A stretch of DNA of 42,809 nucleotides from a virus. Taxonomy: Duplodnaviria; Caudoviricetes. Within the stretch, counting starts at the first letter, position 1, and each line of letters opens with the position of its first letter. The position numbers were made by a program, and so were the translations under genes. The notes beneath the pieces are model-generated. The model was given only the letters and a program-made list of their open reading frames with translations. It did not search any database and was not told the origin of the DNA. Location: IMG/VR virus record IMGVR_UViG_3300048857_000017, positions 1 through 42,809 of that record; one strand, 5' to 3'. This document shows, piece after piece, positions 9,401 to 17,996 of this stretch.

Positions 9401-11985
9401 GCTACGCCGGCGGCCAACGTCGCGCCCTGCCCCGTCATACCAAGCGCGAATTGCTGCGCGGCCGTTGAGCCAATGGCGCTGCCAATCGAAGAGATGCCCG
9501 AAGCCAGCGATGCAGTCAGGCCGCCGGTCAGCGCGCCGTATGCGTTGCGCACCAGCCCGAACGCATTGGTTGCGTTCAGGCCGACGCCGGCCAGGCCGGA
9601 AGCGCCCGACGATCCGGAACCAGCAAGCGAGCTAAGTGCGCTGGCTCCTGAAGCCAATGCGTTTGTTCCCGTCAGGCCCAACACGTTGGCGGCAATGTTG
9701 ACCACGATCGGCTGCAGGAACGTCTTGTATATGACATCGGCAACCGTGGTCTTGAAAGTCGTCACGAGCGACGTCGTGAACGCCTTCCAGCCTTCCTTAC
9801 CGTTGTTCAGCATGCCGGCAAAGCCCTGACGGAACACGTCACCATACTGGTCGACCGCCTTTTCCCAATCCCGTACGAAATCGGCGTTGGCTTTCTTCTG
9901 TGCGTCCTTCACGTCCTTGGCACGCACAGCCGTCACCAAGCGCTCCCGCGCATCGATCTCCTGGTTGATCAGGTCGATCTCTTCCTGTGCCCCGTCGAAG
10001 CCCTGCAGGGCCGCCTTGCGCTCTTCAAGGCGCGCGATGGTCAGTTGCTCCAGCGCCGCCTTGCTCAGACCGTAGGTGGCAACCTGGTCCTCCGTGGCCT
10101 GGGCTTCCTGCGTGATCTTCGCGATGCCGTCGCGCACGCCATCGAGGTACTTTTCGCGCGACTCAAGGAACGCCTTGGTTTCGGTGTTCGCACGGACCAG
10201 CGCGCCGGCCTCCGCGGCGAGCGCCTGCGTGTGCTCCAGGCTGGCACGGACTCGCCCCTTGAGGTTGCCCTGCAGAAGCTCACCGATCTCAGCGGCACGG
10301 CGCTCGAACTCGTTCAGCTTGCTCGTTTGCAGGCCGCGCTCCGCCAGATCGGTGGACAGCGCCTTTTCCTCACCGATGCGCGCGGTCAGCCGGGCGGCCT
10401 CCGTGTCGGCGCCGGTCGGCCCGGTGGCCTTGTCCTCGAATTTCTTGTTGATGGCGTCGAGCGCCGTCCGGTGGGCCTCGTAGACCTGCTGGTACTCCTG
10501 CGTCCCTTCGCGTAGGCCTTCGATGGCCTTCTGGAATGCCTGCTGCTCCTGCTGGATCGCCTTCACGCGCTGTTGCGAAGGCGAGTTGCGGCTGTCGCTG
10601 TCCAGGTAGCCGGCACGGAAGCTCGCGCGGGACAGTTCCTCCTGCTGAGACTTGCCAGCGGCTGCCGCCGATGCCTCGGCGTAATACTGCCGCTCCAGAC
10701 GATCCTGTTCCGCTTGAGCCGCAGCGAGCTGCGCCGCAAGTTGCCCCGTAGGCCGACCCCGAGACGACTGTGCCAACAGCTTGTCGCCGAGGTTCTGCAC
10801 GACGCCCGCCTGCGCGGATATGCGGTCCTCCAGCGATGCTGGCCGGCCGATATCGAGCATCGCGTCCCAGGCACCCTTCGCAACACCCTTCACGCGGTCC
10901 CAGGCGCGCTCCAGCACACCGAGGTTCTGCTCAAGCTTTGGCGCGCGGTCATTCAGCGCGTCGGCGTATGCCTTCTGCGCCACGGCCGCGGCCTGAGCGG
11001 TCTGCCCCTGGCGCTCCAGCGAGCGGATTTGCTCGTAGGTGCTGGCCGTCAGGAAGTTCATGCCTTCGTTGAGCTTGAGCACTGCGTCGAGTGGGTCTTT
11101 GCCCAGCTCGAGGAACGCCTTGACGGTGTCCTCCGCGGCGGTGCCAGTGACCTTCTCCCAGCGGATCGCTGCCTGGGCGAACTGCTCCATGTTCTCGGCG
11201 CCCACCTTGGTGCTACGCGCGAACAAATCCAGGACAGCCGCGGCCTGGCCCTGCGTGCCGACCACGTCGGCAATGCGGCGCGCCATCTGCTGCAGGTCGC
11301 CAGTCGTTTTGCCGGCCAGAGCGCCCGTCTCGATGAAGGTCCGATTGAACTGCTCGGCCTCACTTGCGCCTTGGGAGTAGGCAACGGCCAGCGCAACCGC
11401 AGCGCCGGCGGCCAGGGTGAGCGGGTTGACCATGCCCGCGATATAGCCAGTCAGCGCGCGCGCGGTGGGCGCTATGCCGCCGAACAGATCTTTCAGCTGT
11501 CCACCCTGTTGTAGCAGCACCGTCAAAGGGCGCTGCCCGCCCTGCAGGGACACCGCAATGTCGGTGAACTGCGCCGGCAGTCCCCGCGTGGCTGCCAACA
11601 GCGCTTTCGCCGATAGGCCGGCCTGGCCTTGTGCCGCGCCAACCGCGTGCAACTGATCCAGGTAGGGCTTCAGCTGGTTCGGATCAACGCCACGCTGCTT
11701 TGCAATCGCCTGGAAGTACTCCGCAGTCCCCTTGGCCCCGGCCTGCGTCAAGGCAATCTGACGTTCAATCTGGCTGATAAGGCTCTGCGTCGAGCGCTCC
11801 ATCTTCCGGGTGGCTTGGCCGCCATCAGTGGCGGCCTTCGTCAAGCTTTGTGACGCACCGCGGCCGAGATCCTCGATCGACTTTTTCGCCCTCCCGGTCT
11901 GCTGCGTCACTTCGGCCATGGTGGCGCTCAGGCCCGATGCGTCGCCAGTGACTGCAACGACGCCTTCCGCGATGACTTGAGACAT
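6412..11985 (-). CDS. Tail tape measure protein (1857 aa)
   Basis: Lambda-type N-terminal motif LPAQFTDIAVSLQGGQRPLTVLLQQGGQLKD, long Ala-rich helical body, and position after the chaperones. Confidence 0.93.
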   Translation of the reverse strand: MSQVIAEGVVAVTGDASGLSATMAEVTQQTGRAKKSIEDLGRGASQSLTKAATDGGQATRKMERSTQSLISQIERQIALTQAGAKGTAEYFQAIAKQRGVDPNQLKPYLDQLHAVGAAQGQAGLSAKALLAATRGLPAQFTDIAVSLQGGQRPLTVLLQQGGQLKDLFGGIAPTARALTGYIAGMVNPLTLAAGAAVALAVAYSQGASEAEQFNRTFIETGALAGKTTGDLQQMARRIADVVGTQGQAAAVLDLFARSTKVGAENMEQFAQAAIRWEKVTGTAAEDTVKAFLELGKDPLDAVLKLNEGMNFLTASTYEQIRSLERQGQTAQAAAVAQKAYADALNDRAPKLEQNLGVLERAWDRVKGVAKGAWDAMLDIGRPASLEDRISAQAGVVQNLGDKLLAQSSRGRPTGQLAAQLAAAQAEQDRLERQYYAEASAAAAGKSQQEELSRASFRAGYLDSDSRNSPSQQRVKAIQQEQQAFQKAIEGLREGTQEYQQVYEAHRTALDAINKKFEDKATGPTGADTEAARLTARIGEEKALSTDLAERGLQTSKLNEFERRAAEIGELLQGNLKGRVRASLEHTQALAAEAGALVRANTETKAFLESREKYLDGVRDGIAKITQEAQATEDQVATYGLSKAALEQLTIARLEERKAALQGFDGAQEEIDLINQEIDARERLVTAVRAKDVKDAQKKANADFVRDWEKAVDQYGDVFRQGFAGMLNNGKEGWKAFTTSLVTTFKTTVADVIYKTFLQPIVVNIAANVLGLTGTNALASGASALSSLAGSGSSGASGLAGVGLNATNAFGLVRNAYGALTGGLTASLASGISSIGSAIGSTAAQQFALGMTGQGATLAAGVAGPTTAGSTAAGLGSSFAGAIPVVGWIAAGMLASRSLYKQGWDADNGTLSDFGKYNPVTGPSVWTDKILRSAGLGGELASMLSGSSTVARLFGMGSVKYGDTSLVGDFGSLGFSGYTSTPWKQKGGLFRSNKSGTQIGTLDDSFIDQVSTAFDQMKANAAAMAQVVGVSAKSLDTYSEQIRVTLGEDEEANQKLIEDAISSVGENLVRSLVPNIADFAKEGETASATLARLGTNLTAVNQSLKLLDLKLFDVSITGAATATKLADAFGGIDAMTQATQQYYQQYYSEAERAKLSLASMNDQLKGLNIVLPNTMEEFRAMVSALDLTSDAGQAAYAALLTVAPEFAAVVEATARQGQEMAARILAAYTGRGGVVPAMDAAALSALVLADTLQQTSVVSGQISRLFLDLDAGLLDFQGSTANLDGSLSGAQQASADLGDQIALLQQGLGGTIIDFKSMGDALADVDADVFVATLNAAFQQLADRMKSLFDSIGNERMAVRQSARDILDPAPMSPAAIRQAIAGISTALPSNAGLVQATAALNWAGAQSAGAVGQRNVAEQAYVSTERVYEANYAALNAAQKTKDDALARLQKLNWDIYAPKTVGYKKDNWEELDQARSIAQAQLPAAQQAYDNAIAAFISAQNTFASGPQAVDVGRLRDQYAQSVSAAASAQAAATEAARNARNEQLAYTDSLQQFALNATKSVATLSDLRNQTVKYYEAQKALASALSEGAAALRKTVKDYRVSQLDPEDQFAVMQSDFAKLYAKAAGSDGDALTGYADQLNSMLQPLLAAAGDAFSSDTQYQAFIATTLARAEAIAKRMDAVAPKGYEQESLGLLGQIDATLAALQSSALSGDQILTNAINAARDATVNGLRQVVNALTGAPVAAFASGGDHAGGLRLVGENGPELEVTGPSRIFNAQQTQSILAGGSDQTQLLAALRALLQEQQSLRDEVQGLRVEARAMASNTAKTTRQLERFEMEGMPVRTDAHEPLHVEVQA

Positions 11986-12020
11986 GACAGGCTTCCAGTA
12001 AAAACGCCCGGCAAAGCGGG

Positions 12021-12338
12021 CTACTTCTTGGCCATCTCATCCAGGGCCGCGTTTTCCATGATCCGGATTTCTTCCTCCAGATCCTCGTAGCGTTCGGGGG
12101 ACAACCCCATGCGATCCATCTTGTGGAAGAGCACGCCGTAATCGAGCCCCGTGGCGCCGGCCAGGCCCACGCGCCACTGCGTGCGCATGGCCAAGAACAA
12201 GGAGAGTGCCTCCTCGTGCCCGGGCCAGACCTCAATGGGCGGCCCAGCCACGTCGTCCAGCGTCAAGCCGAAGGCTGCCAGCTCGTTCGGGTCGGGGCCC
12301 CTGGCGTAGAGCGCCGCGCCCAGGGCCGTCAGTTTCCC
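12021..12338 (-). CDS. Tail assembly chaperone gpT-like part (DUF1799-like), reached by -1 frameshift
   Basis: The -1 frame is open from GGGAAAC (12332-12338) to 12021 and contains RTQWRVGLAGATGLDY. Confidence 0.8.
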   Translation of the reverse strand, partial: GKLTALGAALYARGPDPNELAAFGLTLDDVAGPPIEVWPGHEEALSLFLAMRTQWRVGLAGATGLDYGVLFHKMDRMGLSPERYEDLEEEIRIMENAALDEMAKK

Positions 12339-12652
12339 ACTCGGGCCTTGATCAGTTCGTCCACGTAGGCCGAGAAGATCGCCCGCGCGGCACCGACGTA
12401 GCTGTCGACCAGCTTCCCGACGTGCTCTTGATCGAAGGGCTCCTGCAGCTCCCAGCCGCTGGCCACGTCCATCACCAGGGCCACGTCGTCGTCCTGGTCC
12501 TTCGCGCGCTCCATGAAGTCCTTGAACTCGGCCTTGCTCCGATGCTTGAACGTGATTTCGACTTCAGCGAAGCCAGCGCCCGGAATGGGCATTTGCACCT
12601 TGTGCTTGAAGGTGGGCTGCGGAATGAGCGTGAACTTGATTTTGCCGGCCAT
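12329..12652 (-). CDS. Tail assembly chaperone gpG-like
   Basis: PTFKHKVQMP...ITFKHR...SGWEL, ending in GTG GGA AAC TGA slippery site. Confidence 0.85.
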   Translation of the reverse strand: MAGKIKFTLIPQPTFKHKVQMPIPGAGFAEVEITFKHRSKAEFKDFMERAKDQDDDVALVMDVASGWELQEPFDQEHVGKLVDSYVGAARAIFSAYVDELIKARVGN

Positions 12653-12736
12653 GTATCGGTCCTTTGGGTGCTAGCGCGTGGGGAAAGGTGGATTGGCCGC
12701 GCCAGCGCAAAAGCGGCGCGGTCCGTGAGGGCTTGC

Positions 12737-13393
12737 TTAGGCCTGCGGCGCCGCGTAGCGCACGGGGCGCGACAGCAGCGAAAACGTGGCCTGCACCGCC
12801 ATCACCTGGCCCTTCGTCATGGTTGGGGTCTCATTGAACGACACGTAGCCGTTGTAGAGAATGACCGAGCCGTTGGGGAACGTGATGCGCAGCGCGCGGA
12901 CGTCGCGCTTCTCCGCGGCCACCTGCAGCGCCTTGTAGCCCGGCAGTGTCGGGTCATCGGCGATGGTCAGCGTGAACGACTGAGCGCTGGCTTGGGTGGG
13001 GATCTGCGATTCGAAATCGTTCTCCAGAAAGCTGAAGGTCGCGAACTGCATGTCACCGCCCGAGGTCGACGTGTCCGTGACCTGCGAGATCTGCGTCCAA
13101 GCGGTGACTTCGCGCAGCGATCCGACGCCGGTACCGCCGGGGTAGATGGTCTGCGACGTGGTATCGGTCCCTTCGAGCGAGAATGCGCTCGTGGTCGAAT
13201 CGTCGATACGGAAGATGCGGTCGTTCAGCTTCTGCCAGCCGGACTTCACTTCGATCAGTGCGCCATCGCTCAAGCCGTGCGCGGCACTGGTTGCCACAGC
13301 GGGCGCGGCGTTCGTCAGCGCGGTGATGTTCTTGACGGCGCCGTAGGCAGTAGCGAGCGCCAGGATGACGCCATTGGGAAGAGATACAGACAT
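12737..13393 (-). CDS. Major tail tube protein (Phage_tail_3-like)
   Basis: MSVSLPNG...WTQISQV...SGGDMQF...YNGYVSFNETP. Confidence 0.85.
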   Translation of the reverse strand: MSVSLPNGVILALATAYGAVKNITALTNAAPAVATSAAHGLSDGALIEVKSGWQKLNDRIFRIDDSTTSAFSLEGTDTTSQTIYPGGTGVGSLREVTAWTQISQVTDTSTSGGDMQFATFSFLENDFESQIPTQASAQSFTLTIADDPTLPGYKALQVAAEKRDVRALRITFPNGSVILYNGYVSFNETPTMTKGQVMAVQATFSLLSRPVRYAAPQA

Positions 13394-13487
13394 GGGATTT
13401 GCTCCGATCAAGGGACGAAAAAAACCCACCGGTGGTGGGCTGGGTGGTTGTACCCCATGGAGGGCAGCGCGCCTGGCTTCCCAGGCG

Positions 13488-13928
13488 TTAAATCGGCTCG
13501 AGGATCTCGCTTTCTATCTCGAGGGTGATGGAAGTGGCAGCGATGTCGGTGGCGCTGCCCAGACCCAATGTCCGATTCGAGGCGCGAGCCGTAAAGAAAT
13601 GATCCCCCAGGCCGCGCAAAAAGATGCGGAAGGAGTAAGGAACGTCCTGGTCGATGGCCTCGCGCAGCAGCGCCTGGCCCGCGTCATCAAGGCGGTACAG
13701 GTCCAGCTGCAGCGACTGCGGCGCACGCGCCACCCGACGCTGCCTCGGCACGCCGCCAGCGAGCGGCGCGAACGTGGCTGTTTGGTATTGCTTCACCAGC
13801 GAGCCGATAACCCGGACGCCTCGCACCTGCGTGAACGCTAGCGCCTGATACGCCTCAAGCGTGAAGGAGGCCGGCGGCGTGGAGGACACATGCACAGTGG
13901 CCAGGACGAGAGCGGCGGGAGCGATCAC
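13488..13928 (-). CDS. Second tail-tube-like protein
   Basis: PASFTLEAYQALAFTQV...DDAGQALL...YSFRI...ITLEIES resembles siphovirus tube core proteins. Confidence 0.55.
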   Translation of the reverse strand: MIAPAALVLATVHVSSTPPASFTLEAYQALAFTQVRGVRVIGSLVKQYQTATFAPLAGGVPRQRRVARAPQSLQLDLYRLDDAGQALLREAIDQDVPYSFRIFLRGLGDHFFTARASNRTLGLGSATDIAATSITLEIESEILEPI

Positions 13929-14272
13929 TGGGGCGAGTACCAGATGCTGAAGTCCTGCTGTGCACCGAAAAAACCATCCTCATTCCGGGCGACGTCTGCG
14001 CCTAGGGGCACCGCCAGCGCGGGCGCAGCGCACAACGCGGCTTTAACCTGGCGCATCATTGCCGAGGCCTCGGTGCGTTTGCGGGCCCATACCTGTACCT
14101 GTACACGGGCGTTTTCCTTATCGGGCAGAGTCCCATCAGCGAACACCGGATCAATGCCACCCACCTTCTGGTAGATCACGAAAGGCAGCAGCGTATTAGC
14201 CGGCGCCGTGTCCGGAAACACGCGCGACCCGACCAGCGTCCCAAGCACTTCAGCCATGAGAACTTCAAGCAT
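13925..14272 (-). CDS. Tail completion/terminator protein (DUF3168-like)
   Basis: RVFPDTAP...PFVIYQKVGG...RVQVQVWA and position. Confidence 0.8.
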   Translation of the reverse strand: MLEVLMAEVLGTLVGSRVFPDTAPANTLLPFVIYQKVGGIDPVFADGTLPDKENARVQVQVWARKRTEASAMMRQVKAALCAAPALAVPLGADVARNEDGFFGAQQDFSIWYSPQ

Positions 14273-14759
14273 TCTGGATTTCCTGAATCTTCTCAGCCAG
14301 CCGGCGACGGCCAGCTTCTACTGCGGCGGCCAGCTTCGCATCGACGGATACCCGTAGATAGGGCTGCGCGGGCACGTAGACCGGCACCTTTAGCGGCTGG
14401 CTCTTGATCGTCACCCATTCGCCTGACGCCAGCTTGATGACCGCGTGACGGCGCCAGTAACCGTGTTCCACCACCCACCAATGAGGCGCCTTGCGCTTAT
14501 TTACGCCGACCAAGTAGGTCTTGATGTCCGGTCCAGATTCTTTCTCGTCAAACCAGCGGTAGATGGCCGACTGCAGAGTGCCCATCTTCAACGGCACACG
14601 CGCGCGCATTTCGTCGTACAGCACAAGCGCCATAGCGTGGGCGGCGGGCCTGATCGCCTCGCTTTTGATACGCTCGCAGAACTCGCCCACCCGGGCGGCA
14701 ATATCGCCCTCGAAGGCAAAGGACACGCTGTTGGCGGCGTACCTACGCGGCTGCGTCAT
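14265..14759 (-). CDS. HK97 gp10-like neck protein
   Basis: GTLQSAI...VEHG...PAQPYLR motifs. Confidence 0.8.
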   Translation of the reverse strand: MTQPRRYAANSVSFAFEGDIAARVGEFCERIKSEAIRPAAHAMALVLYDEMRARVPLKMGTLQSAIYRWFDEKESGPDIKTYLVGVNKRKAPHWWVVEHGYWRRHAVIKLASGEWVTIKSQPLKVPVYVPAQPYLRVSVDAKLAAAVEAGRRRLAEKIQEIQNA

Positions 14760-15090
14760 CGCCCACCTCACGCGGGGAGAGCAGACGGCACACGAGATCG
14801 ACGTACTCGCGCCTCACCTCATCCGGTAGCGCTGCCTCGACCAAGTAATGATCGTCGCCGTGCACCATCCGCATATCCATGACGACGTCACGCCGGTACC
14901 GCAGGCGAATGCTTGCGCGCACCATAGGCGTATCTGCGCCCGCCATTACTGCCTTCAAGCCAGATGTATGCCGAATGGAGGCCCAAACCGGGTTTCCGAC
15001 GTTTTCCCAAATGTCGACCGGCTGGCCTAAGCCGTCGCGCTCAGCGCGGCGCTGTATCTGGACCCGCCGATTCAGTTGCCCGGCCCTCAT
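14743..15090 (-). CDS. Head closure / head-tail adaptor
   Basis: MRAGQLNRRVQIQR...VWASI...IRLRYR. Confidence 0.85.
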   Translation of the reverse strand: MRAGQLNRRVQIQRRAERDGLGQPVDIWENVGNPVWASIRHTSGLKAVMAGADTPMVRASIRLRYRRDVVMDMRMVHGDDHYLVEAALPDEVRREYVDLVCRLLSPREVGDDAAA

Positions 15091-15566
15091 GGTCCCATCA
15101 TCCTGCGATAAGGCCGTAGCAAGTCCTTCACGCCCAACGGTAGCTCCGTTGCCGTCACTCCGACCACCACTCCTTCGGGATTTGCCCAGAAGTGGCCGAG
15201 AGTTAAACGTACCGCAGCGAGGACGCTGCCGTTGGCGACCAAGCCGCTAAGGGTACGTTGCGCCTCGATGTCGAAGTCATCCCGTCGCTGGATGGCCACC
15301 TTAATCGCCATGCAACGACCTGCGTCGTCTTCGATAGTCTTCGCTTCAGCGATCGCCGCATCATAGGCCGACTTGGCCTCCGACGCCCTACTGGGTAGGG
15401 CGTCAAGGGCGCTGTCGAGCTCGGCGGCGCTTTCGAACAATCGCCTATTGAGGTACGCAGCGCAGGCGTCTTCGGCAGAGCTGAGCAGACTAGCCAGGTC
15501 GGCGTCCGAGTCTTCGTCGCACACCCGACACTGCGTGCGGCACTGTTCAAGGGTCAGCAGCGGCAC
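15087..15566 (-). CDS. Head-tail connector (HK97 gp6-like)
   Basis: LTLEQCRTQCRV...YLNR...AVRLTLGHFWAN...LLRPYR. Confidence 0.85.
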   Translation of the reverse strand: MPLLTLEQCRTQCRVCDEDSDADLASLLSSAEDACAAYLNRRLFESAAELDSALDALPSRASEAKSAYDAAIAEAKTIEDDAGRCMAIKVAIQRRDDFDIEAQRTLSGLVANGSVLAAVRLTLGHFWANPEGVVVGVTATELPLGVKDLLRPYRRMMGP

Positions 15567-15568
15567 GA

Positions 15569-15772
15569 TCAGACCTTGTTGGCGTCGCCCTTGTCATCGC
15601 CGCCAGCGGTGCCGTCGTTACCGCCGTCCGCCTTCGCACCACCCTTGCCGATGACACCCAGCGACTTCGCCGCGGACTCGAGCTCCGGCGGACAATCGTC
15701 GCCCACCTTGAACTGCGTCGGATAGATATCGCCCTTCTTGACGCCCCGGAATGCTTTCGTGAACTTCGCCAT
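15569..15772 (-). CDS. Small head-associated hypothetical protein
   Basis: GGAG RBS, located between the capsid and connector genes. Confidence 0.65.
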   Translation of the reverse strand: MAKFTKAFRGVKKGDIYPTQFKVGDDCPPELESAAKSLGVIGKGGAKADGGNDGTAGGDDKGDANKV

Positions 15773-15847
15773 TTCGGCTCCAAAAGAGATGGGGCGACCA
15801 TCGGTCGCCCCGATTTGCGGCTGCCAGATTGCGACCAGCGCCGCGGC

Positions 15848-17125
15848 TTACGCGTCAGCTGCCACCACCATCGCCCGCATCGGTTCGGGGTTCTGCACGC
15901 CACCGCCCACGCGCTTGGTGGTGTAGAACGACACATAGGGCTTGTTGGTATACGGATCGCGCAACACCCGCACGCCGATACGGTCGAGGATCAGGTACGT
16001 CCGCTTGAAGTCGCCGAACAGGATCGGCACCGCATTCGCGGCAACGTCCGGCATGTCGGGGACTTCCGTCACGGGGAATCCGGCCACCGTGGCCGGCTGC
16101 CCCGCGACGAAGGACGGCTGCCACAGGTAGTTGCCCTGGCCGTCCTTCAGCTTGCGCACGGCGCCTTGCGTCTTGCGGTTCATCGCGAAGCGCGCATTGC
16201 CGGTGAAGGCCGACGGCAGGTCATAGATGATGTCGATGATGCTGTCGGACGTGATCGCCGCGGCGGCACCGGAGTTCACCGTGGTGATCGCGCCGAACGG
16301 ATGTTTGACCGCGTTGGCGCCGCCCGTCACATAGGTCAGGATGCCGAACGGCTTGTTCGTGCCGTCGCCGGCCACGAAGGCACCCCCTTCCTGCTTGGAG
16401 AACTCGGTCTGGACTTCGCCAGCGAGCCAGGCCTCCAGATCGATGGCGGCATCGTCCAGGATTTGCTGGGTGGCGGCCGGATTCGCGTAGATTTCACCCC
16501 AGCCGAAGCCCAGGGAGGCGAAGGTGCCGGTGTTGGTGTTGGGCCGCGCGGTCGTTTCACCCACCCAGCCGGAGGCCGTGCCGCCCATGTTGAAGAGCTT
16601 GCTGAAGCCGGCGCCCGTGACGGGCTGAACCTGGGCCAATTGGCGCATCGGGGACACTTCGACCAGCTTGTCGGTGATCGTGCGGTCCCATTCGACCGGG
16701 GCCAGATAGCCGCCCTGGTCGTTGGCGCCCTTGTTTAGGGCCGCCTGCACATCGCCCTTTTTGAAGTGCGCCATGAAGGCCTCGGAGTACTCACGATCCT
16801 TCACCCGGCGGCCGTCGCCGGCGCCCATTTCCCCCGCGGCGATCTTGGTGTTCGCCTCGTCGACCGCAGCCTGCAGGCGCGCGATATCGGCGTTGATGTT
16901 CTCGACCTTCAGGGCGTGGAGCGCGTCGTGAGTGCCCTTCTTCACTTCGTCGAGCTGTTTGCCGTGCTCTTCTTTGAAGTCAGCGAATGCCTTGTTCAAC
17001 TGCTCGATGAGCACTTTCACATCGCCCGGACCTTCGGCGCGAACAGACATGATGCCACGGGGCACGAAGCCGCTGGCAGGCATGAAGAAGGCCGCGAGTG
17101 CGGCCAGAATGGACTTGCTTTGCAT
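15848..17125 (-). CDS. HK97-fold major capsid protein
   Basis: Coiled-coil delta domain, GGYLAP, GDGTNKPFGIL, YLWQP, FGDF, LRDPYT. Confidence 0.95.
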   Translation of the reverse strand: MQSKSILAALAAFFMPASGFVPRGIMSVRAEGPGDVKVLIEQLNKAFADFKEEHGKQLDEVKKGTHDALHALKVENINADIARLQAAVDEANTKIAAGEMGAGDGRRVKDREYSEAFMAHFKKGDVQAALNKGANDQGGYLAPVEWDRTITDKLVEVSPMRQLAQVQPVTGAGFSKLFNMGGTASGWVGETTARPNTNTGTFASLGFGWGEIYANPAATQQILDDAAIDLEAWLAGEVQTEFSKQEGGAFVAGDGTNKPFGILTYVTGGANAVKHPFGAITTVNSGAAAAITSDSIIDIIYDLPSAFTGNARFAMNRKTQGAVRKLKDGQGNYLWQPSFVAGQPATVAGFPVTEVPDMPDVAANAVPILFGDFKRTYLILDRIGVRVLRDPYTNKPYVSFYTTKRVGGGVQNPEPMRAMVVAADA

Positions 17126-17129
17126 GGTT

Positions 17130-17996
17130 CTAACCTCGCAGGGTGTTGAGAGTGTTTCGCAGCAGGGCTGCAACGTCTTCGCCAGCGCCCGGCGTGGCGG
17201 AACCGGCAGCGCTCGGCGTACCGGGGTCGGCAGCGCTAGGCTTGCCGGAAAACAGGGCTTTGAATGCGTCGCGACGGGACGAGCGGCTATGGCCGGCGCG
17301 CGCCATGGAGGCCTCGATCGACGCCATCGCGCGCCGGTATTCGGTGCTGGCCTGGGTGGTCTGTGCGGTTTCGCGGAAGTCCAACAGACCGGTCGCGAAG
17401 CCGTCCTCGACGGCCCGTTGCGCGCCGATCCAGGTTTCCTTGTCCATCAGCGCGGCCGCCTCGGACTTCGTGATGCCTGCCCGGCTCGCGTAGACGCTCG
17501 CCATGGCGTCGTCGAACGGAGCCAACATCGCCGCGGCATCCGCCAGGTCGTGGCGGTTGCCAATAGCGACGGCCCAGGCGTTATGGATCATGAGGAACGA
17601 CCCTTCGCCCATCAGGATTTCGTCGCCGGCCATCGCGATGACCGAAGCCGCCGACGCGGCCAGCCCCATGACCTTCACCGTTACCTTCGCCTTATGCTGA
17701 CGCAGGGTGTTGTAGATCGCGACGCCCTCGAAGAAGTTGCCGCCGGGCGAATTGACGTTCACCGTCACGTCCCGATCCCCCATCGCACGCAGCGCGGCAC
17801 TGATACGCTTGACCGTGACGCCGGAGCCGTCCCAGGCCTCGCCGATGGCGTCGTAGATGGAGATCGTCGCGTCATCATCGTCCGCGGCCGCCCGCACTTG
17901 GGGCTGCCAGCGCTCCAGCGCGTCGGGGCGCAGGTCGAAATCGGCCGCGCCCAGCCGGAAATCAGCCCTGATTTCGGGCAGTTGCAGCAGGCTCAT
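17130..17996 (-). CDS. ClpP-type head maturation protease
   Basis: NSPGG, GLAASAASVIAMAGD, MIHNAW, MDKETW. Confidence 0.93.
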   Translation of the reverse strand: MSLLQLPEIRADFRLGAADFDLRPDALERWQPQVRAAADDDDATISIYDAIGEAWDGSGVTVKRISAALRAMGDRDVTVNVNSPGGNFFEGVAIYNTLRQHKAKVTVKVMGLAASAASVIAMAGDEILMGEGSFLMIHNAWAVAIGNRHDLADAAAMLAPFDDAMASVYASRAGITKSEAAALMDKETWIGAQRAVEDGFATGLLDFRETAQTTQASTEYRRAMASIEASMARAGHSRSSRRDAFKALFSGKPSAADPGTPSAAGSATPGAGEDVAALLRNTLNTLRG

